Assembly (NCBI GenBank): GCA_054661495.1
Contig: BAAFSQ010000012.1
Span: forward strand, 1-32,000
Direction: 5' to 3'
Source of the DNA: Zygophlyctis sp. KS116
Taxonomy: Eukaryota; Fungi; Chytridiomycota
DNA length: 32,000 nucleotides
Of the stretch, positions 14,855 through 28,664 are shown in pieces (the stretch's first letter is position 1; the number at the start of each line of letters is the position of its first letter). The notes beneath the pieces are model-generated. The model saw only the letters and a list, made by a program, of their open reading frames with translations, was not told the DNA's origin and did not search any database. A program made the translations under genes and the position numbers.

Positions 14855-16181
14855 TTACGAACTGCTTAGAGTGTTTCCATATATGAAAACTAGTGCCTTT
14901 TCAATAGTTTCCAAATCATTCATCATCCCAATGTGAGAATATTTAGTATATAGTACATGATAGTCATAGCCAAGAGGCATCATTGCTGTGTCTTTTGACA
15001 CCACTCCGTCTCCAGGGGCAAAGTTACACGGACTAGAGATCCTAAGTTCTGTCTGACTGGTATATGTATGATCATGACTGTGCCTACTTTTAGATCTATG
15101 AGTTTTGTAATGTGCCTTGAGCCGTGTCGGGGTTGGCCATGAATCTGAAGTCACAACTACAAAAACGCTATTTGATAGTGGAGACCTTGCCAGAGAATCA
15201 GAAAATTCCTTTGCATCTTTGAGAGAATTTTTCAAATAATCCAACTTGCTTTTATTACTAGGAACAATTTTAGAAATCCGATTCTCCAACCACTCATCAG
15301 AACTGAAAAAATCAATCAAAATATCTTCATTTTTGGAATCAACTAGAGCTTTACCATCTTTTGGTAAGAATAAGAATGAGCTTGGTGAACCAAAGTGTAG
15401 TTCTGGTGAGAATGCACGAGATAATGGAGCGCCTTATAATTAAAAATTTAAAGGATACCTTTTTGTATACCCCATAAAACTAAAGGAACACCTCCCAGAC
15501 CAAAAGGAGTCCCACAAAAAACTATACCTTTTACCAATTCTGGCTTTTGCTGTGCTGTAGAAAGTGCAATCATTCCTCCCATTGAATGAGCAATAATGAC
15601 TATTTTTTCGTTCCCATTATCAGAATATAATTTTTCTAAATATTGTATCATATTTTGAGTCATGACTTGACCAGACAACCTCCTTAAATATTATAAGTCA
15701 AGACTTACCAATCATATGCGTATTGATGCAATCTAAATGAGCCATTAGACTTTTCTGCATATGAATTCAACTCCTTTATGAGTCCTGAACAAACATCTAA
15801 TGGTCCAATTCTATCTAATAACCCATTTGGTTCCCATTCCTTTTCTGTTGTAAGAGTACACTTTTTAAGTCCTAACACGATATCCATTGACAGCCATCCA
15901 AGCTCACCTTCCGCATCTTTTAAATGAGATCCATAGTATCCCCCCATAACAACCAAATCCCCTTTGCAAAAGCTAAACTTTGCATTTGACTCGTTCTGAA
16001 CAAGATTATGCAACAGATTAAAGTTCCATTTGACTTTTTTCCAAGAGTTATCTTTAAATGATTCCGGCATATTTCCCAACGGCAACCTTGAGTATTTGGT
16101 TGGATCGGAATCAACTGAATGATCAGCTTCTATGGCAAGACCCTGCTGCATAACTGCTTTCCTGGCCTCATTCCCAAACAT
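14855..16181 (-). CDS. Alpha/beta-hydrolase (lipase/LCAT-like), 2 introns (15683-15708, 15433-15458); start could be 16181, 16151 or further downstream
   Basis: GGYYGS, YAYDWRLS, nucleophile elbow AHSMGG, GTPF, GDGVV and a catalytic His in SHIGMM. Confidence 0.85.
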
Positions 16182-18140
16182 GCGAGCATTAAGAAAGCTG
16201 AAGCTTCAGAGGGAGCAAGAGGCCCAAGAAGAAGAATCGGATCATGAGGAAGAGCAAGAGGAATTTGTATCTACTCCGCTCAATGCGTTTGCTTTATTGC
16301 AGGCCGAGAGCTCTGATTCCGAGTCTGAAGAGTCGGTAGAGTCTCTAGATGAAGCCGCAAATACACAAATAGACATGGTTGACAAGCAAGCACATACATT
16401 GGCCAAACCGAAAGATAAATCCAAGGCTGCAGATGTAGAAGATGATTGGGAACTATTATTGGTGGATTTTAAACAAGATAAGCAAACTATTGCAGTTCAG
16501 GAGCCATTAAGTACATTAAGTCTAAAGCAGATTCTAGGAATTAATTCACTGTGCTTGGATCCTCAAGTAGAATTAAAGAGGATGTTTGGAAGTGTTGCAG
16601 TGGAAGAACAGACTAAAAGCAAAGGTCGGGCTCGGAAACGTGTCCCGGTAAAGGATGGGATTCTTGTAAAGTTTAAAGATACTTGGCCCCGATTGACTAA
16701 GCTAGGATTATCAATGGAAGTTTTAAGAATGGAAGGAGGTAATGATTCAAGTTGGCTAAATTAAGATTTTAAAGTCTTCTCGTTTGATCATTCCAGGTTT
16801 TATAATGATATTCAAATTCAGTTTTATCAGGCGGTACAAACGCATTCTCCAAATACACTTGTACAGCTCTTGCATATGTTTCCTTATCATATTGATTCTC
16901 TTCTTCAATTATCAGAGGTTTGTAGAATGAGTGGAGATTCTGAAATGACTATACAATGCGTGGAACGGGCATTATTTGCTTTTGAAAAGGCTTTTCATCC
17001 TACCTTTCAGTTTTCAACTTGTAGTTGTAAATTGGATTTTGATAGGGTAGAGAATAGATCTTTCTTTTTAGCAGTTTTCAGACAAATTCAGATTGTTACG
17101 AGGCAAGGATGTTGGAGAACGGCGTTAGAATGGAGTAAATTACTATTTAGGTATGAAGCTAAAGATTTAACAATAAAGTATAAATATTGACCAAGATCCA
17201 TATGCAGTTATTTTAATGTTGGATTTCTTTGCTCTAAAATCTAATCAATATGAATGGGTTATTGAATTCTGGGAACTTTTTAAGGATTCGAAAAAATTAA
17301 ATCTTTTCCCAAACTGGACATTTTCAAGAGCCTTGGCAACTTTTGAACTGGAAAGTTTACAAAAAAAGGATCATACCAATAGTTCTAAAATGCTTGTTGA
17401 TGCGATTCTTGTATTCCCATCAATAATTCCCCAACTTTTTCAGCTCGCCTCTATAAATGATGATGTGTCTCATCCTTTTTTCTCCCAGCAGGAAGAATCC
17501 TCTTGGCTTGAAATTGTAGTAAAGATTTTTATGATTAACCATTCTTCTCTTTGGAAAATGTCGGATTCAATAACTTGGATGCGGGAATCAGTGAAGACTG
17601 CATTTAATTTGGTTTCTCAGCAGGAAAATTTACTGCATGGCTCTGAAATCCGATCTACTTTGCTCAAAGAAGAGATTCCTTCAAATATTCTTCGATTTAT
17701 AATTGTCTCTGGTAATATTTCTTATTTTCTAATTTTCAGATATAGATTCATTGAGAAGACCGATTTCACCATTTATATCTAGACAAATTCATTCTTATGA
17801 TCCTCTCCCTCCTCCAACGGCTATAAGATCTACTTATGATGTATTTTTCGAAACACAAAGAAATTCTAATCCTTTGGCCAATGCTACATTCTTGTCTGGG
17901 CTTTTTCGTTCATTCCTTCCATGGACTAATACCGAAAACCTTCCAGAGGCATTCGAAAATGCGCAGCCGGTGATTAACAGGCAACATGCGGCTTTACTTG
18001 CAGCCCAAAATGAAATGCCTCAGTTTTTTGGAGCGAACCAAACAGTTGAAACACTTGATTGGCTACAAACGCTGAGAGATTCTCTAATGGAACTTGTGGA
18101 AAATCCAGAGGAAGATCAGAATGATGACAATTCAGAGTAA
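16180..18140 (+). CDS. RQC1: Ribosome quality-control factor Rqc1/TCF25, 3 introns (16739-16765, 17151-17178, 17712-17739)
   Basis: RALRKL, NAFALL, ELKRMFG, PYHIDSLLQLSEVC, ERALF, ENRSFFLA, GCWRTALEWSKLL and YDPLPP motifs. Confidence 0.93.
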
Positions 18141-18165
18141 TTATCTTATTAAAATAAAACTTTTC

Positions 18166-21100
18166 CTAATCATTTTCTTCAAGTTTGGTTTTTTTGCTAC
18201 CGAAATTTAAACGAACTTTCAAGCTTCCTCCATCACCTGATTCTCTAGGACGCTTTTTAGTATCTTGCTGGGCCCTATTTGCCATTTCGTGATCTGCATC
18301 AGTAACCTTAATTTGACCATTGGGAGCCAGTCGCTCTTTAGTAGATAAGAAAACATTTTTCAGTTGAGTAGCATCTTCAAATACCATAGATCCATCCTCG
18401 TTATAAGTCATTGCATTGTCAAACATGAGCATAAAATCAGAAACAAAGTCTTGAAGAGACTTGTAATATGTGGAGGCGATTCGATGTGAAATCATATCCA
18501 TAGCTATTGGATTTTTAATAAGCAGGTAATAATCGCGGTAATCTGCTTTGTCAGGAAGAGTTAAAAACAACCCCGATCTTCTTCTAGAATAACTATAAGA
18601 TAAGAAATAAGAATCTCACCCATCATCGTCTTCTACTTCCAATTCCTCCACTGCTTTGAAGCAAGCATTTGCTATGCGAGTCAGAGCTTGGCGTGTTGTC
18701 GGATCAAGAGTTTCTGGGGCATCAGGATCTACTCCTGCAAAAATCTTTTTCTTGCGAGATTTTTTGTTCTCAGATAGATCTGAGTTGACATCCTCCACTG
18801 ATTGCTCCGAAACTAGTCCAGAGCTTCTACGATTGCGAGATTTTCTTCCAGATCTAGCCATTAAATCTCTTGATGAGTGTGATTCAACATCTGAAGTCTG
18901 GAACTGATCATCGATTTCCCCATTCATATCATCTGAATCTGCCATATTTTCTCTTTTCTTTGATTTGGTTTGTTCTCTCTTTAGCTTATTTTCACGTGTG
19001 CGCTCAATAAATCCATCAACATCCCCTTCATCAAGAGCAGTCAAAAATTGATTATCATTGAGTCCATCGTCATACACAACATTTTTTCGTGATCTTCCAC
19101 CACGTCCGTATTCTATTGGAATTTCATCCTTTATTTCTGGATCCTCAATATATATGACCGGCAACTCGGAATCCTGCATGAGACGTGGTGGGACAGTGCC
19201 TTCTCCACCAGAGTTTTCCCATTCCAATTGCTCCTGCGCTCTCCTTTCTTCATCCATCTTATTGTACATTGCCAGCTCTTCTTCTCCTCTTGAAATGATT
19301 TCATTTAATTCATTATCTTCCAAATTATCATTTTCTTCTTTAAGCTCCTCATCTTCATCATCGTTCCCAAATAAGGCACGCAACAAATCTTCTCTCTCTG
19401 AATCCGTAGTTTTGTTATCAAATTTCCCAGCTTGAATGACTTTTCCATCCATGTCCAATTTATACTGTGCTCTAGCAAGAATACTTTCCTCAATAGATTT
19501 AGAGGTAATTAAGCGTAAAATACGAACTTCCTTTGTTTGACCAATACGATGGGCTCTATCTTGAGCTTGTAAGTCCTGATGAGGATTCCAATCCGAATCA
19601 AAAATAATGACAGTATCTGCTACTTGAAGATTTAAACCGAGACCTCCCGCACGAGTACTGAGGAGAAAGCAAAATGGTGGATTTTCTGTAGCATTGAATA
19701 CTTTCAACATTGAAGTCCTATCATCTGCTTTTGTTTGACCATCCAAGCGAAGGTAGGTTAATTCTTTGAAACGTAGATAATCTTCCATAATATTCATAAC
19801 TTGGGTCATTTGGAAAAACATCAATACACGATGACCAGCTGCTTTGAATTTAGGAAGGATTCTGTCCAATAATTCGAATTTTCCAGCCACTCTGAAAAGA
19901 TTGCGATCAGTTAGTCGAGCTGGGTTAATAGAATCTTCAACTTCTTCAAATACATAAGGGTGATTGCAGATCTTACGAAACTGCATAACAAGATTGTTCA
20001 GAACCTTTTTCCTAGCAGCTCCTTCTGCACCAAAATGAGCCTTTCTATTTCGAATTTGATCATACAGTCTAAGCTGAAGGGCTGACATTGGGCACTTTAT
20101 AATAGTTTCTACTTTATCAGGTAAATCCTTTTCCACATCTTTTTTTAAGCGACGAAGCAAGAAAGGTCGAAGAACTTTGTGAAGTCTTCGGATAATCAAC
20201 AGCTGTTCTTCTTCATTCAGGTCAATCTTTTCCTGGCCTGATTCGCGCGCAAAAGGTTGATTAAACCATTCATCAAATGATCTAACAGAGTTAAAAATTT
20301 TGGGAAGGATAAAATTAAGAAGCGCCCACAACTCAGGCAAATTATTCTAATGATTCAAGAAAAAACTCTTACCTGTAGAGGAGTACCAGTCAAAATAATC
20401 CTATATCGAGTATGATAATATTGCATAAGGGTGATCGATAGCTTTGAATTATTGTTCTTCATTCGATGACCCTCATCAATTATCATATGTATCCACTTAA
20501 CCTTCGCCAAAAGAGGTCGATCACGAATGATATATTCGTAAGTCGTTAGTAATACATTGAAGTTTCCTGCTCTGACAAGATTGGAAGCATTTTTACGTTC
20601 TACAGGACCACCCTTATAAACTATTTTGACAACAGAAGGAGCCCATTTTTCAAATTCAAGAACCCAATTAGTCATTGTAGAGAGAGGAACAATTACTAAA
20701 AAGGGACCCGGTTGCTTTTTTTTCTCGATCAAATACGTGATCAAAGAGATGGTTTGAATAGTCTTTCCGAGACCCATTTCATCTGCAAGAATCCCATTTA
20801 AACGGTTATTATACAATGATACCATCCATTCCAGGCCTTTGATTTGGTATTCTTTGAGAGTACCCCCTACAAGTAGAGTAGACTGCTGAGTAACCTCTTC
20901 TTTAATACGATGAGCGGTATTATAATAATCCAAAATTTCTTCTTCTTCATCTTTTGGCTCATTTGAAACCACGGCAGTAGGAATTTCAATTTCACCAGTG
21001 GACTGTTTTTGCATATTAACAGCATTTGTAAGAGTAACCAAGAAGGATGTAGTTTGATTAAGAAGATGAGTAATTCTCTTATCCTTTGTTTTATCAATAA

Positions 21101-22191
21101 GTTTCATATAAGCTTCCTCATCATTTTCTTTAAGAGCTTTAAGACGATTCTCAGAAATTTGCTGTAATCGTTTCTCTTCCTCCTTGGCAGCATTAGCATG
21201 ATATCTCTGAACAGCCATTCCAAGTCTTGCAACTTTAGCACCTTGATTCCTATGAAACGACATCATATCTCTACCATGAGTAAGAATATGCGAAAGATAG
21301 TCCAAATGTTTTTGTCTTTCTTTTTTATCTCTTTCAGCTCTATTAGATCTCTCTTGTTTTTCTGTTTGTCTAGCTTCTCTTAAAGACTGTCGTTTCATTC
21401 TTTTAAAAGCAGATCTATCCACTGAAGTTGCAAGAGTAGTGGCTTTAGAAATTGAAGCCAGTAAATCCACTCTTAATTTCCTTTGTTTTTCCACTAATTT
21501 TATAGCCTTGAGTTCAATTAAAGCCTGAACTTTCAAAGAGTCATCATTACTTAAATTTGAGGGAAGTGATTCCAACTCCTTTACTCTAAAGCCTTAATTC
21601 TAAAATCAAATACCTTTGTTGTAATCTAGCATTAATCATTCTCCTTCTTTCCTTGAGTAATTGATTTGGATCAGGAGCTGAAGGCATTATTGAAGGAATA
21701 ACTAGTCTCTGCAAGACATCATTAGTTCCAGGCCTAGCTTTATTCAAGAATTCATAAGGATCCTGAGTTGGCTGTTTTTGTTTTTCTTGAGCAAAAGTTA
21801 CATCTACAATTTTTGAAGGCATTGGATCTCCTAGTGACGGAGCAGGAGCAGCAGGAGCAGAAGCTGAATTTCCAAACAATTTCCCTTGTAAGCCTTCTGA
21901 AATTGGTTTATTTACAGCCAACTGCTTCCAAGCCTCTATTTGAGTCTTTAAAGTATTAACATCTAGTTTCGGCGGTTCAACAATTTCCTTTTGTTTCATT
22001 GCCTGAGACTGTTGAGAATAATATCTCAATAGCGAAACTATTCTAGCAAATTCAGGATTATTTTCTTCGGTTGCACCCTTTTCTTTCAGCGCATGAGCCG
22101 TCTGTCAAGATTAGAATTTAAAACATACATCAATAAACGCTTTTATCTGCTCATGAGTTATCGACCCTGAAACTCTTGGTCGATTCTGCAT
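18166..22191 (-). CDS. SNF2: SWI/SNF-RSC family chromatin-remodelling ATPase (Snf2/Sth1/SMARCA2-4), 4 introns (22102-22128, 21586-21613, 20347-20372, 18593-18619)
   Basis: QLQ-like and HSA domains, ILADEMGLGKT, DEGH, LTGTPLQNNLPELW, STRAGGLGLNLQ, QAQDRAHRIGQ, SnAC and a C-terminal bromodomain. Confidence 0.96.
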
Positions 22192-22332
22192 TTGTTTTTT
22201 TTAAATTGTATCCTAAAGTCAGCACACTACACAAACACTACGCCTTGGTTTCCCACCATCATTTTTGATCATGATCTAGTAGTCCGATATACTCTCCTAC
22301 TTTCATGTATTGGATTAATTTGTGCATTGAAA

Positions 22333-25209
22333 ATGTATTCTGATCATACTCTAATCATGGATCAGCGATCATTTCGCGTTGAGAAAATGAAATCAGTCAA
22401 AACATTTCCTCAAAGGATTCTGCCCGTTTACTGTCTATTGGCAGTTTACTTTTTATTTTGCTTATACTTTCTTAATCTACCAAGTCTAGACAACAAGGTT
22501 CCAAAGGAATGCAGTCATGCAAAGATTAATTATGGAACCAATGGCGTTAATCATCGTTGGCCTGCGGACAGAGGAAATTACTCTATTCTTCTTAAAAACT
22601 TTATATTACTAAATGGGGATGGAGAAGAAGCCAAGGAACTTGAAATTTTGGTAAAAAATGGAATTATTCAGGAAATTTCATCAAAGATAACTGGGGATTA
22701 TGATCAAGTTTATAATCTTAATGGAAGATATTTAACTCCTGGGCTTGTGGATATGCATTCACATTTGGGGACAGATTCTTGGCCAGAGTTTGAAGCGACT
22801 TCAGATACAAATGAAATGTCTTCAAATCCTGTTTTGCCTCAATTGAGATCTTTAGATGGAATTAATCCTGATGATTTGGCATTTAAAATAGTGAATGGGG
22901 TGATTTTATCTTTCTTTTAAAAATCTAAGGGAGGAGTAACGACAGCATTGATTCTTCCTGGGTCTGGTAATCTAATGGGAGGAGAAGCATTTGCTTTAAA
23001 GACACGAGTTTCAGATTCACATAGAGTGGAGGATATGCTACTAAACAAGGGGATGGCTGCAAAAGACTCTTGGAGATGGATGAAGATGGCTTGTGGAGAA
23101 AATCCAAAACGGATTTATGGTTCAAGGGATATTATGCCGGAATCTAGGTATTACTAAAGCAATAATGTAAAGAATGGGGTCTGCGTGGTTATTTAGACAA
23201 AGGTTTGATGCTGCTAAAAGGCTCAAGGAAGAGCAAGATGATTGGTGTCAAAATAATGACAGGGAGTCGAGATTTCCAACTGATCTTGCTTTAGAAAGTC
23301 TTGTAGCTCTTCTTAGAGGGCAAGTCAAGCTAAATGTACATTGTTACGAGGTGAATTGAATAAAAGCTAAAGTTAGACTTATGATATAGAAATGATGGTT
23401 AGAAATTCTCATGAATTTGGATTCAATATTAGTGCATTTCATCATGCATTAGAGGCTTGGATGGTTCCCGATCTACTCAAAGAAAATAATATTGGTGTGG
23501 CTTTATTTGTAATACATATTCTTGAATTTTTAATAATAGGCGGATCATTGGGGATATAAAAAGGAAGCTTACGGGACAAGTGTAAAAGCTCCGACAATTC
23601 TTTCATCTCACGGAATTGACGTTGCATTCAAGTCGGATCATCCGGTTATAAATTCTCAACATCTTATTTACGAAGCTGCAAAGGCTCATGCGTATGGATT
23701 TGATCCCAAGCTTGCAATTGCGGCTGTGACTTCGGTTCCGGCTAAGCTGATGGGTCAAGAATGGCGTATAGGAATGGTGAGTGAAGGATTTGATGCAGAT
23801 CTTGTAGTTTGGGATCGTTACCCTCTGAATATTGGGGCAAGTCCTGTACTTGTAATTACTGACGGTTTAACAACGCTTTCAAAGTTAGATTTGATTGAAG
23901 TCCAAAAGGAGCAAGTTCAGCAAAATCTTTCAAAAATACGTTTTGATATACCAAAAGATATTTCAAATTCCTTTAAAATGATAAATATTTCATACATCTA
24001 TGCCGATCGTGATAAAACATTTCAGAATGGAGAAGTTGTAGTTTTGAATGGGATTATAGATTGCATAGGCGAAGCAGGCTTGTGTAGTAAGGCAGCCTAT
24101 TCAGACTTGGATGTTATTGATGCTAATGGTGGATCTGTTATTCCTGTATTTTACAGTAAATTGATAATAGGGACTTATAGCTGGCAGGTCTAGATTGGGA
24201 CTGGAGGAAATACCCTCAGAGTCCATTACCAGTAACGGTTATCTCAATGATATTCCCGTCAAATCATTGACTCTTGCTCATGCTAGTGCAAAAGATGGTT
24301 TAAGACTCAACTATAACAATTCAAAATTGCTTCAGTCTGTTTTCAAGGGAGGTGATTTATTTACAAACTAATACCAGGGGTTCTTACAGCGATTTCTATC
24401 CCGCGAGCTATTGGTGTGATTTCTGGACAGAGTTGTGCTTTTTTGACAGGCTCAAGTGATATTCGCAATGCATTATTACTTGATTATAGTGCGATGCATT
24501 ACACGATTTCTAATTCCGCTAAAACATGTATACTTAATAGTAATTAATAATATAGCATCAACACCTACGATCTCACAGCAGATAGAAAAGCTTGAGGATG
24601 ATTTAAAGGGGTTAGTAAACAGTGGTATTCTTTCAAATACTATTGCTGTATATGTGGATGATGCAAACGATATTCTTAAAGTAGTGGAAATGAAAGAACG
24701 AATTTCGAACCTTAGAATCAAATCCTGGATAATAATTGGAGGAGTAGAATCTTGGACAGTAATATTTACAAAATTTGATTGAATAGGTTGCAAAAGAACT
24801 TAATGCATCCAATATTTCAGTACTATTAAACCCCAGTCGCTGCACTCCTTCTTCATGGGAGCATCAAAGATGCCGAATCCCATCGACCAAACCATCTGCA
24901 GTCTCTATTTTAAGAGATGCAGGTGTAAATGTTGGATTATCAGTTCCAGAAGACAATTTCCAGCGTGGATTACTCTGGGAAGCTGGATGGGCAAGAGCAG
25001 ATGATACAAAAATGAGCGTATCTGAATCAATTGGACTTGTATCTTGGAACATTGCTGACATGTATGGCCTACCACACGGAACTGGGAGAATTTTAGTAAA
25101 CACAACAGCAAGATTTATTCTTCATTCAGGAGAACCCGGCTCCCTTTCCTCTATGCCAAAATTAGTAATTGATTCTACGAGAATCGACGCCAGACCGGAA
25201 CAATCCTGA
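22333..25209 (+). CDS. Membrane-anchored tandem metal-dependent amidohydrolase, 8 introns (22900-22929, 23148-23172, 23351-23376, 23509-23539, 24146-24170, 24352-24377, 24528-24555, 24759-24786); start 22333, 22357 or 22387
   Basis: N-terminal hydrophobic helix, PGLVDMHSHLG, GGVTT, KMACGENPK, HCYE, HHALEA, KSDHPV and DADLVVWD, followed by a second, degenerate amidohydrolase half. Confidence 0.9.
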
Positions 25210-25639
25210 ACCAACTAGTTGATGATTTTGCTTTTTCTAACAACTTTTGCAAGTCTGACGGCCACCATCCTCCTTTTAAAAGATTTATGAATTTCCTAGC
25301 AGTCTCTGGTTGATCTGAAATTGAAGAGGTAATTTTAAAGAAATCCAGAGAGTCCTGTCCAGATTTTTCTTTTGAAATACTAGACACAAATGCATTTCCA
25401 ATTTCCAAAAAGTCCGAAACCCAATCAAACCGCTTTTCCATCACATCATCCATTGCGGTTAGGATATCTGCCACTTCCCATGCATTTACCAATTCTTGAT
25501 TCATCTTTTGCCGCAAAGTTGTAGAAATCTGTGAAGCTAAAGCCAAATTAGAGTCTTGGCCATTGTAAAAGTGGCTAATTGTCATTGATTTATGTACAGT
25601 AGAGTCATTTATAGACTTTAGATGAGAGTCATCAATCAT
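25175..25639 (-). CDS. Hypothetical protein; 5' end unresolved
   Basis: 154-aa ORF that fills an otherwise anomalously large gap. I could not build a unique upstream exon structure in 25640-25830. Confidence 0.5.
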   Translation of the reverse strand: MIDDSHLKSINDSTVHKSMTISHFYNGQDSNLALASQISTTLRQKMNQELVNAWEVADILTAMDDVMEKRFDWVSDFLEIGNAFVSSISKEKSGQDSLDFFKITSSISDQPETARKFINLLKGGWWPSDLQKLLEKAKSSTSWFRIVPVWRRFS

Positions 25640-25840
25640 ACAAACTGATAAAACCTGCTCCAGAACCTAATAAAATTTGCAACCTTAACTTTTGAGGTTT
25701 AGTTTCAGGGTAAATGGTCGATTTGGTTTCATCTTTACAGTTTCAATACTGTTTAGATGCCTCAAAAGGAAACTGAGCAACTAGGCTTGTAGTGCCATAT
25801 CTTGTTAATCCATTGTTAAAACAAATTGAATCAGCGATAA

Positions 25841-26969
25841 ATGGAGCCAACGATGAATTTTAGAATTATCACGAATAAAAATTTGATGGACGCTGACGAT
25901 TCAATTGAGCCAATCCACTCCATACAGTCACTAAATTCACTTAATTCTAATGAAGGAGATTTATCTGCACTAGTAATAGCTCCAACTCCTCAAGCTACTG
26001 ACCTACAGCAATTAGCCATCGACGCTGAAGATGAGCCAGTCTCAGAAATACTGCCGCAAGTTGAAAAAGAGGAATCGGAAAAAAGTGCTGATGTTGATGT
26101 TACTACTAATGATGCAAACGATGATGATGATTTTGGTGATTTTGGGAATTTTGCATCTACAACTGTTGAAATGTTTCCCGCTGCTGATGGAGAAACGCGA
26201 TTTTCACACTTTTCAGCTCATCTCACCAATCAAGATGTGAAAAATGGAATAAATCAGGTGTGGACAGTTTTAAAAGAGTTGGAATCAAGGCCTGAATCTA
26301 AAAAGGGTCTGATCAAGGATAAGAATAATATTGTACCTTTAGTCACTGATAAAGATTGGGTAAAGTTGACCGATGCATTAGTAAACGATACTGTCTTTTC
26401 AGAAAATGGGGGAGGTAGATTGGCGTGGAGGAGATCAATCATTAGGCAGAAATTCTTGGATTCGTTGAATATATCAATAGTAATTTGTTTAATTTTATAA
26501 TTAGACTAAAAAAAATCCTCCAGTTTCTCAAGTACCGACTACTCCTGAAGTAGCGCAAGAAGTTGTTATGCCAGTCAAGGAAGATATTCAAAAGGATAAA
26601 CCAAAAAATACTAAAAACCAACCGCTGAATGATAGAGAGAAAGATTTAACAGAAGCTAAAAAATTGTGTGATTCTTCTGAAGGTGATTTCTCCTAATTTG
26701 AACATTTAAGAAGAACTAAGGAAAAAATCTGTTCAGGAATTAGAATCTCTCCTTAAAAATATGCAAGCGTATCATCAGAAAATGTATGAACAGGCTAATT
26801 ATTGGCTTGATGCCAAGGAGCAGCTTATTATGGATGCTGAAACTCATAATAAGGTTATTGCTTCTCTGGTTCAATTTGCAAGAGATCAGCAGCAGGCTCC
26901 AAAAAGTATATTTTATAAAGATTTTAATTTTTAGATTCAAAGTCAACTAATAATACTAGGAAAAAATAA
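25841..26969 (+). CDS. AP-1 accessory Laa2/DUF5102-like protein, 3 introns (26480-26504, 26683-26710, 26906-26934)
   Basis: DDDFGDFGNF gamma-ear-binding motif, WRRSIIRQKFLDSLNI box and C-terminal coiled coil YWLDAKEQLIMDAETHNKVIASLV. Confidence 0.72.
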
Positions 26970-26972
26970 ATT

Positions 26973-28605
26973 CTATTTAATTATATTCGTACTTGGGGAT
27001 ATTTTTAAGATATTAGCCATGGATTTAAATCTTTTTTCATAGTTGTGTCCTCCCAAAACGCTTATAACCTTTCCATTTCTTCCGGCTCTTCCAACTCTTC
27101 CTGCCATATGAAGGTATGATTGAGGTGAGGAAGATGGACCAAGAATGAAAACTACAGATGCTTTTGGCAAATCCAATCCACGTGCTTCATGCTCAGTCAA
27201 TACGAGCCACCGTGGCAAGTTGCTATCTAGCTTTAGACTCTGACTTTGACTCTGCTCCTGATAATTTCGAATATCAACAAAGCGACGTGCGTCTAATCCA
27301 ACAGCATTTAAATTGGAAACTAGTTTTCGGACAGATACTGAAGAATGTGTGAATATAAATCCTGATTCCAAATTCCCTTGTTCAATTATATATTTGACCG
27401 ACTCAATAATTAGCAGATCGTCATCAGCTAGCGTGGTATCATTTTCATTTTTAGAAAATCCCTTTTGGGTTTTTGAATCAACTTTAGCATCTGATTTTAC
27501 AACCGATAAAGATTCTTCCTGATTATCATCATCAGGTTTAGTCCAATCAAAGGCATATAAGCCATCCGCTTGTACTATGAATGCATGATGTTCTAGAGTT
27601 TTGGGTAAAGCCAAAGAACCAGTCGTATCAACATGTATTGGATCCTTCACCCATCCACTTCTTTTAAATTTATTTCTCAAGGAAGAATTAATTGAAGCAG
27701 AGCATGCGATTACCTGTATTTTCGTCTCATTAACTATAATTTAAAAATATTTGAATTATACCTTTTAATTTCCTTGTTGCAAACAATTGTTCAATAAGAG
27801 ATTCACCATCCAATTTATGAACCTTCATATTGAATCTTTTATTAACTGTATCATTGGCAGACTCAGCATTAACAATACGATCTGCTTCATCTACAATCAA
27901 AAGTCGAATTCTTGAAAGGTCTAAATCCTTCGAATTAAAAAACTCCAACAGACGATTTGGAGTACCAACCACAATTCTTGGTGTAAATTTACTTAAAAGA
28001 TCCTTTTGAGACTGTACTTCCGGTCCTGAAATAAGACATTGAACCATATATGCAATATCTCTTTCTTGAACATATGATCCACTGATACCCTTTATCCAAT
28101 TAAAAACTTGAATTGCTAAATCTCTAGTTGGTACAATTATCAATGTATGGACATATCTATCAAGATCCATTTTCTGATCATTTCTTATCGGTAATTGAAA
28201 GAAATCAACATTTTGATTATTTTGAGTATTGACGGCATTAGACTCATCAGCAATAGTCTGATCATGAATTGCATCTTCATCAGCATCTGATTCTCCTGCA
28301 TGCAAAGTTGAATTATTTGAAGCTAAAGTTTGAGAACCCAAGTGCTTCCGACCATGATGTGCAAGCCTAGGATAAGCTACTGCAGCCAATGCCAATCCAA
28401 ATGTTTTTCCAGATCCTGTTATATCTCTAATAAATAAGTCTGCTCCTGATAAGATTGCAGGAATAAATGCTTTTTGGGAGAGAGTTGGATGAATAATTTG
28501 GAATTGTTTTTCCAATGCCGATGATAGCATTCCCTTAATACCGATCTCAGAGAATCTAATCTGATTTGATCTTTGAACCATTGTGTATCCGGCTTTTAAT
28601 CGCAT
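26973..28605 (-). CDS. DEAD-box RNA helicase (possibly mitochondrial), 1 intron (27734-27761)
   Basis: Q motif PTLSQ, TGSGKT, PTRDL, GTPNRL, DEAD, SAS, ARGLD and HMAGRVGR. Confidence 0.92.
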
Positions 28606-28664
28606 GTTTGGTAGGTTGGGCACTTAGGTCATTTAACGCCTGAGAACGTCATCGCTCGCTTTAA
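28606..28664. promoter_or_regulatory. Putative 59-nt bidirectional promoter (DEAD helicase / verprolin)
   Basis: Gap between divergent ATGs, containing AACGCC (28635-28640) and ACGTCATCGCT (28646-28656). Confidence 0.55.

Noticed and set aside
18656-19435. Ser-rich plus-strand ORFs opposite SNF2 (also 10392-10700, 10955-11161, 12011-12280, 13247-13468, 24476-24793, 27313-27522)
   Set aside because: Antisense shadows of well-supported genes, with no recognisable motifs.
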